Positions 16,892 to 26,904 are shown, numbered from the stretch's first letter. The stretch: DNA of 64,000 bases from an uncultured Bacilli bacterium (GCA_947629165.1 CANRCR010000001.1:86246-150245), one strand, 5' to 3'. Notes: a model not told the origin generated them from the letters alone. Translations and numbers: made by a program.

Positions 16892-17293
16892 ATGACAGAA
16901 AAAAAAGATTTTGATGTAACAACTATTTACGATGTTTTTGATTATTACACTTTTGAAGGTGTTGAAAGAGATGATCCAACGGCTCAAATGATTAAACGTT
17001 TAGGAACTATCGTTGTAGCCGAGGAATTGGGAGGTATTTTACCCGAAACAGAAAAAACAGTTTATCAACAAGTTTCGGTAGAAACGATCGACCGTGTCAA
17101 AGAAGCTATTTATCGTCATCCACTCGAGATGATTGAAAAAATGTTTTTCCCTGTAACCGACGCCTGGCGTGTATCGGGTTATGCTTTGTTTCCGAACGGT
17201 TACCAACAAATTAAAGAACAATTTTTAAAAGAAGTTTCTTCCGTTCAAACATCGTCAGCAAACGTATCGACTCAAAAGGTCAAAAAACGTTAA
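16892..17293 (+). CDS. Hypothetical protein (133 aa)
   Basis: Intact ORF with RBS gaggaaag. No family recognised. Confidence 0.5.
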   Translation: MTEKKDFDVTTIYDVFDYYTFEGVERDDPTAQMIKRLGTIVVAEELGGILPETEKTVYQQVSVETIDRVKEAIYRHPLEMIEKMFFPVTDAWRVSGYALFPNGYQQIKEQFLKEVSSVQTSSANVSTQKVKKR

Positions 17294-17381
17294 TTTTTTT
17301 GCAAAAAAAGTAAAAAATTGTTGAAATATCAAGGAGTTTTTGCTATAATCGATTTTAGTAATGCGGAAGGGAGGGGAAATA

Positions 17382-17621
17382 ATGAATACAGTAACCGTTA
17401 AAAATGGTAATTTGGACATGGCTTTAAGAAAGTTCAAACAAAAACAAGCTAGAGACGGAGTCCCTTCTGAATGCAAAAAAAGAGAAGCTTACGATAAACC
17501 TGGAGTTCGTAGAAGATTAGCGAAAAAAGAAGGTATTAAAAATACTCGTAAGCGTAATAAAGCATCAAAAACTGGACATGTTTCACACGGAGGACATGGA
17601 TCACATGATTATAATGACTAA
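17382..17621 (+). CDS. rpsU: 30S ribosomal protein S21 with a His/Gly-rich C-terminal tail
   Basis: MNTVTVKNGNLDMALRKFKQ...REAYDKPGVRRRLAKKEG matches S21. The start is taken at the ATG behind ggaagggagggg. Promoter TTGAAA-17-TATAAT. Extra tail KTGHVSHGGHGSHDYND. Confidence 0.85.
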   Translation: MNTVTVKNGNLDMALRKFKQKQARDGVPSECKKREAYDKPGVRRRLAKKEGIKNTRKRNKASKTGHVSHGGHGSHDYND

Positions 17622-17670
17622 GAAATTAGTCTTTTTTTTTCGCTCGTTTTTGATATAATTAAAGAAGGAG

Positions 17671-18123
17671 ATGAATGATATGAATTTAGTAGAACGTCTT
17701 GAAAACGATTTAAAAGAAGCAATGCGGAATCGTGATAAAGATACCCTTGCTACTTTACGTATGGTAAAAGGAGCGCTTCAATTAGAAAAAATCAATAATA
17801 AGAAAGAGATTGACGATGCGCTTGTAATCGATGTTATCATGAAACAAATTAAAACGCGCAATGAGTCGATTAAAGAATTTGAAAAAGGAAACCGGATGGA
17901 TTTAGTTGCTCAAACACAAAAAGAAATTGCTTTATTAGAGCCTTATTTGCCTCAACCATTGAGTGATGAGGAATTAAATAGTATTATTGATCAAGTATTT
18001 GCTAAAGTACAACCTACCGGTCCTTCGGATATGGGTAAAGTAATGCGTGAGGTAACGCCTTTAGTAAAAGGAAAAGCCGATATGGGTAAGGTTTCTGCTT
18101 TGATTAAAGAACGTTTAAATTAA
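17671..18123 (+). CDS. yqeY: GatB/YqeY domain protein
   Basis: LVERLENDLKEAMRNRDKDTLATLRMVKGAL... matches YqeY. Adjacent to rpsU as in Bacillus. The real start is possibly the third ATG at 17680. Confidence 0.8.
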   Translation: MNDMNLVERLENDLKEAMRNRDKDTLATLRMVKGALQLEKINNKKEIDDALVIDVIMKQIKTRNESIKEFEKGNRMDLVAQTQKEIALLEPYLPQPLSDEELNSIIDQVFAKVQPTGPSDMGKVMREVTPLVKGKADMGKVSALIKERLN

Positions 18124-18185
18124 TTATTTAAGTACCGGATTTCGGTACTTTTCTTTTACTAACTTTTCTTTTCGATACATATACT

Positions 18186-18446
18186 TTGATAGGTGAGTTT
18201 ATGTTAAAACAAGTTAAAAATTATTGTCTTGATTCCACCTTTCAATTTCATTATCAAAACGGGCAATTAGATGTCATCAATTACCTTGAACTTGTGGTGC
18301 TCGAGGCGAGTCGTATTTCATTGCGATGTGATATGGGACTTTTTATCGTTAAAGGGGAAGATTTAACGATTCAAAAATTACTCGATCAAGAGATACTTAT
18401 CTCCGGTCAAATTCATACGATTGAAATCGAGGAATCTTATGCTTGA
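18186..18446 (+). CDS. yqfC: Sporulation protein YqfC
   Basis: 86-aa protein directly upstream of yqfD, with YqfC-like size and position. Confidence 0.6.
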   Translation: MIGEFMLKQVKNYCLDSTFQFHYQNGQLDVINYLELVVLEASRISLRCDMGLFIVKGEDLTIQKLLDQEILISGQIHTIEIEESYA

Positions 18447-19605
18447 GAATCGTTATCTAGTTAAAATTGAGGGAAAAGATCCGCATCGTTTTTTGTTAAA
18501 CTTAATTAAAATGAATTTTCAATTTTATCGGATAAAAGAAAAATCCTCCAGTTTAGAATTATTACTTAACGAAGCAAACTACCAACGTTTAATGGAAATG
18601 AAAACGATCTATCAGATCACTTTAAAACGGATTTATGGACCTAAAGCGCTTTGGCAACAAATTTGGAATAAGCGTATTTTTGGGGGCTCCTTTTTGCTTG
18701 GATGTTTAGTCTTTTTTCTTTTGACACATATCATTTTTAGTGTCGAAGTAATTCATACAAAAAAAGTTATTCGCGATATGTTATACGAGGAACTTGCTCA
18801 ATATGGCATCACGCGATTTCATTTTTGTGTTTCATTTGAACAGAAAGAAAAGATTCGGTCCGAAATATTGGCGAAGCATAAAGATATCCTCGAGTGGATG
18901 GAAATCGAACGAATAGGAACCAAGTATGTTGTTCGAGTCGAAGAGCGAATGTTAAATGATCCTACCGAGACACCTACCGTTCGCGATATTGTTGCTCGAA
19001 AAGATGGAATCATTACACGTATTGAAGCTTCTCAAGGAGAAATCGTCACTAAAAAAGATCAATATGTTCGAAAAGGAGATCTTTTAATTACGGGCGTAAT
19101 TCATAATAAAGAAGAGGCGCAAGCTTATGTGATGGCAAAAGGAAACGTATATGCTGAGACCTGGTATAAAGTTACCGTTTCTATGCCACTTCATTATCAT
19201 GAAGAAAAAACAACGGGTAAAAAGACTCGATTGTTACAAGTAAATTTTTTAAATCATACTTTTTCATTGTTTGATTTTGCCCATTATAGAAATAAAAAAT
19301 CAACCGTCACCAATCTATTAAAAAATCCTTTATTTCCACTTTCTTTTGATTATGTTGTCGAACAGGAAATGGAGGTGATTGACGAAAATTATACGCCGGA
19401 AGAAGCTACTCAAAAAGCAAATGAAATGGCGGCTTCAAAAGTGCTCGAACAGTTAAATGTCAATGGTCGTATCCTCCAGCAAAAAGATTTGAAAATTACG
19501 CAAGAAGATAGTAAAATAGTAATAGAAGTATTCTTGAAGGTGGAAGAGGATATTACCGATTTTAGACCAATCGTTCTTCCTAATCAAGAGTCGAGCGAGG
19601 AGTAG
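18439..19605 (+). CDS. yqfD: Sporulation protein YqfD (stage IV sporulation-like)
   Basis: About 390 aa, MLENRYLVKIEGKDPHRFLNL..., central TM segment. The yqfC-yqfD pair is syntenic with Bacillus. The start is taken at the ATG at 18439, overlapping yqfC. Confidence 0.7.
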   Translation: MLENRYLVKIEGKDPHRFLLNLIKMNFQFYRIKEKSSSLELLLNEANYQRLMEMKTIYQITLKRIYGPKALWQQIWNKRIFGGSFLLGCLVFFLLTHIIFSVEVIHTKKVIRDMLYEELAQYGITRFHFCVSFEQKEKIRSEILAKHKDILEWMEIERIGTKYVVRVEERMLNDPTETPTVRDIVARKDGIITRIEASQGEIVTKKDQYVRKGDLLITGVIHNKEEAQAYVMAKGNVYAETWYKVTVSMPLHYHEEKTTGKKTRLLQVNFLNHTFSLFDFAHYRNKKSTVTNLLKNPLFPLSFDYVVEQEMEVIDENYTPEEATQKANEMAASKVLEQLNVNGRILQQKDLKITQEDSKIVIEVFLKVEEDITDFRPIVLPNQESSEE

Positions 19606-19615
19606 AGGTGATACT

Positions 19616-20233
19616 ATGATGCCATCCCTTACATCTTTAGATCATACCATTCGTGGGGTGATGTCTTTTACTTGGCCGATGATTGTCGTCAGTGTACTTA
19701 CGGTTGCTTCTTTGCGAATTGTTTATTTAGTAAAGAATAAAAAACCATTTGTTTTCTACCGAGAACTTTTGGCTTTATTCTTTTTAATTTATATTTTGTG
19801 TTTATTCCAAGTAGTTACAGTACAAGATGTTTCGCAATATGGCGAAGGAAGTAATTTTATTCCTTTTCAAGAAATCTTTCGATATCGTTTTGGAAGTAGA
19901 CTTTTTCTAAAACAAGTAATTGGAAATGTCCTCATGTTTGTTCCTTATGGATTTTTTGCTTCCTATTACATCCGTTCCGATCGTCCATGGATTCCACTTT
20001 TTTTAATTAGCTTTGCTTCGTTATCTATCGAGGTTACACAATTGATGATTGGACGTATTTTTGATATCGATGATATTATTTTAAATATCGTTGGAGGAAT
20101 GTTTGGTTATTTTGTTTATCGATTATCTATGCATATACGAAATCTTCTTCCACGCAAAGAATGGATTTTAAATATGGTCTCTCTCGTGATTGTTATCGTA
20201 TTTATTTTTTATCTTTATAGGTTGGTGATATAA
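19616..20233 (+). CDS. VanZ-like family membrane protein
   Basis: Motifs GNVLMFVPYGFF, EVTQL and RIFDIDDIILNIVGGMFGY are typical of VanZ. Confidence 0.7.
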   Translation: MMPSLTSLDHTIRGVMSFTWPMIVVSVLTVASLRIVYLVKNKKPFVFYRELLALFFLIYILCLFQVVTVQDVSQYGEGSNFIPFQEIFRYRFGSRLFLKQVIGNVLMFVPYGFFASYYIRSDRPWIPLFLISFASLSIEVTQLMIGRIFDIDDIILNIVGGMFGYFVYRLSMHIRNLLPRKEWILNMVSLVIVIVFIFYLYRLVI

Positions 20234-20679
20234 TGAATAAAGTGTGTGTTTTTAATGAAACGAAAGAAGATCTTCGCACTTATGAAAAAGAAGTTAAAAA
20301 ATTACTTGTTTACGCTTTAAAAAAAGAGCAAGTTAAGAAATCTGAATGTAATGTCATATTTGTTGATAACGAACGAATTCAAGAAATAAATCGTACGTAT
20401 CGAAAAATTGACCGGGTTACCGATGTTATTAGTTTTGCCCTCGAGGATAATTTAGAAATAACTTTGGAAGTACGTATTTTAGGAGATATTTATATTTCGA
20501 TTGATCGTGCTCGTGAACAGGCTTCTAGTTATGGTCATTCTTTACAACGAGAAATTTGCTTTTTAGCCGTGCATGGGCTTTATCATCTGCTAGGTTATAA
20601 TCACGAGAAAAAAGAAGAAGAGAAAATCATGTTTCAAAAGCAGGAGGAGGTTTTAGCTGCCTATGGGATTGTTCGATAG
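20233..20679 (+). CDS. ybeY: Endoribonuclease YbeY (rRNA maturation factor)
   Basis: HGLYHLLGYNHE zinc-binding H3 motif. 148 aa. Confidence 0.85.
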   Translation: MNKVCVFNETKEDLRTYEKEVKKLLVYALKKEQVKKSECNVIFVDNERIQEINRTYRKIDRVTDVISFALEDNLEITLEVRILGDIYISIDRAREQASSYGHSLQREICFLAVHGLYHLLGYNHEKKEEEKIMFQKQEEVLAAYGIVR

Positions 20680-21085
20680 ATTTAGAAAAAATAAGAAAAT
20701 TATTCGTAATAAAGATACAGGAACTCCTATCGAGCGTTATCGTAAGAGTTTCTTTCATGCCATCGATGGCTTTGTTTATGCGGTTAAAGAAGAGCATAAC
20801 ATGATCATTATCGTTTTAGCTGCTATTCTTGTTACCATTGCTGGATTTTGTTATTCGATTTCGGAAAGTGAGTGGCTATTTGTGATTATTGTGGTCGGAA
20901 TGACCGCTGCCAGTGAAATGATCAATACGGCTATTGAAGCTACGATCGATTTGGCAATGCCTCAGATTCATCCACTTGCTAAAATTGCCAAAGATACGGC
21001 CTCGACGGCAACCTTAATCTGTTCTATTACTGCTTTTGTGGGAGGTTGTGTTATTTTTATTCCAAAAGTAATCGCTTTGTTATAG
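20663..21085 (+). CDS. dgkA: Diacylglycerol/undecaprenol kinase
   Basis: 140 aa, three TM helices, motifs EEHNM and AASEMINTAIE. Follows ybeY as in Bacillus. Confidence 0.8.
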   Translation: MGLFDRFRKNKKIIRNKDTGTPIERYRKSFFHAIDGFVYAVKEEHNMIIIVLAAILVTIAGFCYSISESEWLFVIIVVGMTAASEMINTAIEATIDLAMPQIHPLAKIAKDTASTATLICSITAFVGGCVIFIPKVIALL

Positions 21086-21096
21086 GAGTTGATAAT

Positions 21097-21489
21097 ATGA
21101 ATATTAAAGATGAATTAAAAGATTTATTAGATCATAGTTATGCCCCTTATTCTAATTTTCATGTGGCAAGTATTGTCGTTATGAAAGATGGCACTTGTTT
21201 TAAGGGAGTCAATGTCGAAAATGCTAGTTATGGTGCTACGATTTGTGCGGAACGGGTAGCGATTACAGCAGCCGTTACGGCCGGTTATCAAAAAGGTGAT
21301 TTCGAGCGACTTTATGTCATGGTCGATAGCGATAAGATCAGTTCTTCTTGCTTTCTATGCCGTCAAGTCATCAGTGAGTTTTTTGCTCGAGATGCCGAAA
21401 TAATTTTTAGTAATCGGTTAGGTGACGCCAAACGTTATACAGTGGAAGAATTATGTCCAGTTCCTTTTGACAGTGAGGATTTGTTATGA
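21097..21489 (+). CDS. cdd: Cytidine deaminase
   Basis: Zinc-binding motifs CAERVAI and SCFLCRQ. Start taken at the ATG at 21097 behind taggag. Confidence 0.85.
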   Translation: MNIKDELKDLLDHSYAPYSNFHVASIVVMKDGTCFKGVNVENASYGATICAERVAITAAVTAGYQKGDFERLYVMVDSDKISSSCFLCRQVISEFFARDAEIIFSNRLGDAKRYTVEELCPVPFDSEDLL

Positions 21490-22367
21490 AAAGTGGATTT
21501 GTTAGCATCGTCGGACGTCCCAATGTAGGGAAGAGTACTTTACTAAATAGTTTATTGCAAGCAAAAATTGCGATTACTTCCAACAAGGCTCAAACGACCA
21601 GAAATAGTATTCAAGGAATTTATACCGATTCCGAAGCACAAATCGTTTTTATCGATACGCCGGGTATTCATAAACCGGTTCATAAATTAGGTAATGTGCT
21701 CAATAAAAAAGCATATCAAAGTGTCGAAGATGTCGACGTCGTATTATTTTTAATCGATGTCGAAGGTGGCTTTGGCAAAGGTGATCAATTTATTTTAAAT
21801 CGTCTTAAAGAAGAAAAAGCGAAAGTAATTTTAATTTTAAATAAAGTGGATCGTATTCCAAAGGAAAAACTTTTACCTTTGATCGATTCTTACAAAGATC
21901 TTTATCCATTTGAAGAAATAGTACCGATTTCGGCTTTAAAAGGAGACAATGTTGCCGCTTTAATCGAGGTCGTTAAAAAGTATTTAACAGGAACTGAAAA
22001 GTTGTACGATGAGGATACGATTACGAATGTATCCAACTATTTTTATATTAGTGAGATTGTTCGGGAAAAGGTATTACGTTTTACCGAAAAGGAAGTACCT
22101 CATGCCGTTACTTGTTACGTCGAAACGTATGAAGATAAAGAAGATTATATTGAAATTGGTGTCGTTTTAGTAGTTGACCGTGATAATCTTAAAAAGATTA
22201 TTATTGGAAAACAGGGAAGTATGTTAAAACAAATTGGCAGTGCTGCCCGGGTCGATTTAGAAGAATATTTAGGGAAAAAAGTTTTTTTAAAAACGTATGT
22301 TAAAACGATGGAGGATTGGCGTGATAAAGAAAATATCCTTACGGAACTAGGACTTAAAGACGAATAA
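21486..22367 (+). CDS. era: GTPase Era
   Basis: G1 GRPNVGKST, G3 DTPG, G4 NKVD, C-terminal KH domain. Confidence 0.9.
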   Translation: MKSGFVSIVGRPNVGKSTLLNSLLQAKIAITSNKAQTTRNSIQGIYTDSEAQIVFIDTPGIHKPVHKLGNVLNKKAYQSVEDVDVVLFLIDVEGGFGKGDQFILNRLKEEKAKVILILNKVDRIPKEKLLPLIDSYKDLYPFEEIVPISALKGDNVAALIEVVKKYLTGTEKLYDEDTITNVSNYFYISEIVREKVLRFTEKEVPHAVTCYVETYEDKEDYIEIGVVLVVDRDNLKKIIIGKQGSMLKQIGSAARVDLEEYLGKKVFLKTYVKTMEDWRDKENILTELGLKDE

Positions 22368-22410
22368 AAAAAGATGGTTTACCTCATTATAAAAATAGAG
22401 GTGAACGAAT

Positions 22411-22497
22411 ATGACTAAGTTATTATGGGAACTTTTTCAAAAAACAGGAAATATCCGTTATTATTTACTTGCCAAGAAAATACAGGAAAAGAAGTGA
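22411..22497 (+). CDS. yqzL: YqzL-like small protein (28 aa)
   Basis: MTKLLWELFQKTGNIRYYLLAKKIQEKK with RBS agaggtga. It has the same position (era-yqzL-recO) and the W..F..TGN...YLL motif as Bacillus YqzL. It falls below the ORF-track cutoff. Confidence 0.6.
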   Translation: MTKLLWELFQKTGNIRYYLLAKKIQEKK

Positions 22498-22501
22498 TTA
22501 T

Positions 22502-23239
22502 ATGGCTCTTATTGAAGTAGAAGGAATTGTTATCGGGGAAACGAATTACAGTGAATCTTCGAAAATTCTAACGGTCCTTACAGAATCTTATGGAAAAATC
22601 GGTGTTCTTTCGAAAGGATGCCGTTCCCTTAAAAGTAAACTTCGGAGTGTCAGTACCCGATTTACCTATGGTACTTTTCATCTTTATTATAAAAAAGAAG
22701 GACTTTCTACTTTACGTTGTGTTGATGTACTTCATCCTTTTTCACATCTGTTGAGTGATATAACGAAAATTAGTTATGCGACTTATTTAATTGATTTAGC
22801 GGATCAAGTTCTTTCTCAAACCGAAACTTCTACGGGGTATACGATTTTAATCGAAAGTTTAAAAAAGATAGATGAGGGGATGGATCCTCGTTTAATAACT
22901 TCGATTGTCGAACTAAAATTTTTAGATGAATTAGGGGTTCGTCCAAATATCGACGGTTGCAATGTTTGTGGCAATACGAAAAATATTGTGACTATCAATG
23001 TAGAGGCTGGAGGCTATCTCTGTGCGAACTGTTATCATCAAGAAAAAATATACAGTGATAAAATGGTTCAATTAATGCGTCTTTTTTACTATGTCGATAT
23101 TGCAAAAATTTCTTCTTTGTCCGTGCGCGATTCTGTAAAAAAAGAAATCGAAGAATTTATTGATGCTTATTACGATCAATATACGGGTCTTTATTTAAAA
23201 AGCAAACAATTTTTGAACAATTTGAAAAAACTAGGATAG
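22502..23239 (+). CDS. recO: DNA repair protein RecO
   Basis: MALIEVEGIVIGETNYSESSKIL (OB fold) plus a C-terminal Cys4 zinc motif CNVCG...CANC. Confidence 0.85.
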   Translation: MALIEVEGIVIGETNYSESSKILTVLTESYGKIGVLSKGCRSLKSKLRSVSTRFTYGTFHLYYKKEGLSTLRCVDVLHPFSHLLSDITKISYATYLIDLADQVLSQTETSTGYTILIESLKKIDEGMDPRLITSIVELKFLDELGVRPNIDGCNVCGNTKNIVTINVEAGGYLCANCYHQEKIYSDKMVQLMRLFYYVDIAKISSLSVRDSVKKEIEEFIDAYYDQYTGLYLKSKQFLNNLKKLG

Positions 23240-25948
23240 GTGAAGTATATGAAGAAACAACGAAATGTTCGGCCATATCTTATTACGAGTGGTATTATAT
23301 TAGGTATTTTTACACTTTTATTTTGTGTCAAAGGAATTTATCCTTTTGGTAATAATTCACTTATTTGGGGCGATATGCACGACCAAGTAACCGCTTTTTA
23401 TTATCATTTTTATGATGTCTTTCATGGCGATGCTTCTTTACTTGTCAATTTCAGTACGAGTGGAGGTATCAATTTTTTAGGAATTTTAGCTTATTATCTA
23501 TTAAGTCCCATCAGTTTTTTGATATTACTTTTTCCACGAAATGATATCTATCAAGCAATCTCTATTTTAATTGCAATTAAAGTATTACTATCGGGTTTAA
23601 CTTGTCTTTACTTTATTCGAACTTATTTTAAAAATACCCCTCATTATATCAGTGTTTTACTAGCTATCTTATATGCTTTTTCAGGCTATCAACTATTACT
23701 TTATCAAATTACGGCTTGGATCGATATCGTATACTTATTCCCACTTTTATTAATTGGACTTAAAAAGGTACTTGATCTTGAAAGTCCGGTAGGTTATACG
23801 CTTCTTCTTGCACTTTGTTTTATCTTTTCATTTTATTTAGCCGTACTTTTAGTTTTCTTCTTATTCTTTGTATCTTTCATTTATCTTTATTATTTTCGTC
23901 CGAAAGAAACACATAAGAAGGCAATTGTCGGTTTAGGAATATCGACGGTTCTCGCTTTGCTTTTATCTTGTTTCGTTTTACTTCCAGCGGTTGGACAAAT
24001 TTCGGTTTCATCTCGTGTTGGATTTAATATTAATACTTTATTAAATTCAAAGTTTGGGGCATTAAACGATAAACTTTGTTTCTTTATTACTGCTTCTTTT
24101 TCGATTGTCGGCGCACTTCTTTTGATGGTTACTGGATGGAAGAAAAAGAAACATAAAAATGTGGTTTTGTTCTTTTTAACTTGTTTTGTTCTTTTACTTA
24201 TTCCGGTCTTTATCGAACCCGTAAATAAGATGTGGCATCTCGGATCTTATGCTTTTTTCCCTCTTCGAACGGGATTTGTTCTTTTGTTTTTATTATTAAT
24301 TGCCACGCTTTACTATTTTACCCATTTATCGAAAGAAAAACCGTTTCCGAAAAAGAATATTATTTATGCTATTTTGATTACGATTGCTGTCGTAGTTACC
24401 AACGTTACGATTACGGTATGTAACTATCGCTTTTTACAAAATAAAATCTATGGTATCTCTTTAGGAAAAGATGTTCAGGTAGCGGCAACGTTATTAATCA
24501 TGATGGCTATTTTTGCCCTTGGTATTTTCTTAATTCTTTGGCTACATCATTTCTGTTATAGTAAACTTACTTTCACTTTTATTTGGATTTTAGCTTTGAC
24601 TAATATTTTGTGTTGTTCTTTCTTGTACTTTGGTATCGATTCTCATCAAAAAGAATTAACCGGAGTCTATGTCGACATGCAAGAGATGAGTACTTCTTAT
24701 CAAGAAGACGATTATATGCGCGTGAAGGATTTATATCCAAAGTTAGTTATGAATAATGGAATGGTTACTCGGTATCATACGTTAGATCATTTTACTTCGT
24801 TAACCGATAAAAGTAATATGGAAACGTTAAAGAAGATGGGTTATTCTTCCTATTGGGTTAAAACTTATTCGATTGGCGGAACTCTTTTCAGTGATGCGGT
24901 TCTTGCTAACCAATATTTGATTAGTAAAGATCCGTATATTAATCCTTACTATTCTTATGTAACTAACTATGGTGATTTCTTATTCTATCGTCATAATTTG
25001 GAGATTCCGTACGGTCTTATGATCGATCATGATGTTTCAATTATGGACTTTGACAATGCTTTTGAAATTCAAAATGCCATTTATCAAGGTATCACTGGGG
25101 AAGCGGATTCTATATTTACAATCAGTGATACTCCTTGGACTAGAAAGAATTTATTCTGTTTTAAAGAAAAAGAGACGGATACTTTCAATCGGTATCTTAT
25201 TCGTAAAAATGAACGAATTGCTTATTTAGAAAAAGAAATTGATGTTAAAGGAAGACAAAATTTATATTTGGAATTGTTACTTTCGATCGACAACACGAAA
25301 AATAGTGAGATTTTAGAAAGTACCAATATTTATATCAATGGCAAACTTTATCGGGAAAAGTTCCCAGAAGAGATCGATAACGGTTTACTTGACTTAGGTA
25401 TCTTCGAGGATGAAAAAGTAAAAATTCGAATCGAATTCAATAAATCGACTTATTTTAGCGTTATCGAAGTAGGAATGTTGGATTTAGACCGATATGAATC
25501 TTTTGTTGCTAACGAAAAACTTCCACTTACTATCGACTTTACTAGAAATGAAATTCATGTTCAAGTTCCGAGTGATAAAGCGGGTGTACTGTTCTTACCG
25601 ATTGCTTATAACGACGGTTATGACGTTACCGTTAATGGAACGCATCAAGAAGTCCTCGATTTGTTCGATAACTTTTTAGGAGTCAAGGTCGAAGAAGGGG
25701 ATAATGAGATTGTCTTCACTTATACTCCTCCTTACTTTAAAATCGGATGTCTTATTAGTATCGTTGCCCTTATCGGTATGCTTCTTCTTTATGGTACACG
25801 GCTTTACGAACGAATTTTATCATTTCACCTTCTTCAGAATATTGCTTATTATCTTTATTTAGGAATCTATTTGATACTACTCGTAGCCTTTTATATCGTA
25901 CCAATTTTAGGATTCTTGTTATCTTTCTTCTTTTATATTAAATTATAG
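23240..25948 (+). CDS. YfhO-family polytopic membrane protein (putative glycosyltransferase for cell-envelope glycopolymers)
   Basis: 902 aa with more than 12 TM helices. The N-terminal region (GIYPFGNNSLIWGDMHDQ...) is typical of the YfhO family. Confidence 0.65.
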   Translation: MKYMKKQRNVRPYLITSGIILGIFTLLFCVKGIYPFGNNSLIWGDMHDQVTAFYYHFYDVFHGDASLLVNFSTSGGINFLGILAYYLLSPISFLILLFPRNDIYQAISILIAIKVLLSGLTCLYFIRTYFKNTPHYISVLLAILYAFSGYQLLLYQITAWIDIVYLFPLLLIGLKKVLDLESPVGYTLLLALCFIFSFYLAVLLVFFLFFVSFIYLYYFRPKETHKKAIVGLGISTVLALLLSCFVLLPAVGQISVSSRVGFNINTLLNSKFGALNDKLCFFITASFSIVGALLLMVTGWKKKKHKNVVLFFLTCFVLLLIPVFIEPVNKMWHLGSYAFFPLRTGFVLLFLLLIATLYYFTHLSKEKPFPKKNIIYAILITIAVVVTNVTITVCNYRFLQNKIYGISLGKDVQVAATLLIMMAIFALGIFLILWLHHFCYSKLTFTFIWILALTNILCCSFLYFGIDSHQKELTGVYVDMQEMSTSYQEDDYMRVKDLYPKLVMNNGMVTRYHTLDHFTSLTDKSNMETLKKMGYSSYWVKTYSIGGTLFSDAVLANQYLISKDPYINPYYSYVTNYGDFLFYRHNLEIPYGLMIDHDVSIMDFDNAFEIQNAIYQGITGEADSIFTISDTPWTRKNLFCFKEKETDTFNRYLIRKNERIAYLEKEIDVKGRQNLYLELLLSIDNTKNSEILESTNIYINGKLYREKFPEEIDNGLLDLGIFEDEKVKIRIEFNKSTYFSVIEVGMLDLDRYESFVANEKLPLTIDFTRNEIHVQVPSDKAGVLFLPIAYNDGYDVTVNGTHQEVLDLFDNFLGVKVEEGDNEIVFTYTPPYFKIGCLISIVALIGMLLLYGTRLYERILSFHLLQNIAYYLYLGIYLILLVAFYIVPILGFLLSFFFYIKL

Positions 25949-26070
25949 TTTGAAAAGGAATAAAGTAATTGACTTTGTTCTTTTTTTTAATTAGAATAAT
26001 TGACTACAATTAGTTTCATATAAACATGGATTAATTATTTGGTAAATCCATTTTGAAGAGAGTGATTCTT

Positions 26071-26904
26071 ATGGAAAAATTTACTTTAACTCTTTTAACG
26101 GCGCAAGAAATTGGACGGGTAGGAGCAACTGATTCCGTTGAACCAATTTATTATTTGGAATGTAGGCCAACTTCCTTTGCACTTGCGACGGGTGCTTATA
26201 ATGAGGGCTTTTATTGGACTCGTTCTTGGCGTGACTCAGGAGGCCTTTTCTGTTCTCGTAATGGCGATCCTGCCACTTGCCGTTACGAGGGGATTCGTCC
26301 GGTTTTATGTCCGAAAGATGAAAGTTTCTATCAACAACTTTTAGATGAAAGTACGATTTTTCAAAGTTCGCTTTACCATGATCATGCACCGCTTGTATTT
26401 TATGGCGAATATCCGTGTGAAAAGGTTTCGGATGAGGAACAACTTAATTTAGAAACGGATTATAAAAATGAACGTTTGAGCACTACTTCAAAAATATATA
26501 CGTTTGATTCCAATGTCCCACATGCGTCGGGATTTGCTTTTGCTCCTGAAACTTATCTGGAATTTGAATGTTTAGGAGAAAAATATATTCGTTATAAGAG
26601 TTATTACTCAAAATATGAAGGAAATTGGTTTCGAGTACAACCCATTCCGTGGTATATCGATTTAAAAAATCATCGTTTAATTTCGCAAAATATTCTTGTT
26701 GCCGGTATTCAGTTTAACGATCTTTTACAACCGGATGGTATCGATTTTGAAAAGACCCGTATGAAATGGTATCTCGATACTCATTTAGCTCCTAATATTT
26801 TGCCTTCGCACGAAAGCATCTTACAGCAAAATGAACCTTTACGACAATTTGTTTATCGTAAATCTTATTCTAATCGACAAAAAAAGGAAAACGAAGATAG
26901 GTGA
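26071..26904 (+). CDS. DUF6273-like family paralog 1 (function unknown)
   Basis: Start taken at the ATG at 26071 (MEKFTLTLLT...). Shares WT/WYW and RYEGIRPV N-terminal signatures, and C-terminal FYGEYP...WFRVQPIPWYIDL...LISQNILVAGIQF, with four other proteins in this window. Confidence 0.6.
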   Translation: MEKFTLTLLTAQEIGRVGATDSVEPIYYLECRPTSFALATGAYNEGFYWTRSWRDSGGLFCSRNGDPATCRYEGIRPVLCPKDESFYQQLLDESTIFQSSLYHDHAPLVFYGEYPCEKVSDEEQLNLETDYKNERLSTTSKIYTFDSNVPHASGFAFAPETYLEFECLGEKYIRYKSYYSKYEGNWFRVQPIPWYIDLKNHRLISQNILVAGIQFNDLLQPDGIDFEKTRMKWYLDTHLAPNILPSHESILQQNEPLRQFVYRKSYSNRQKKENEDR

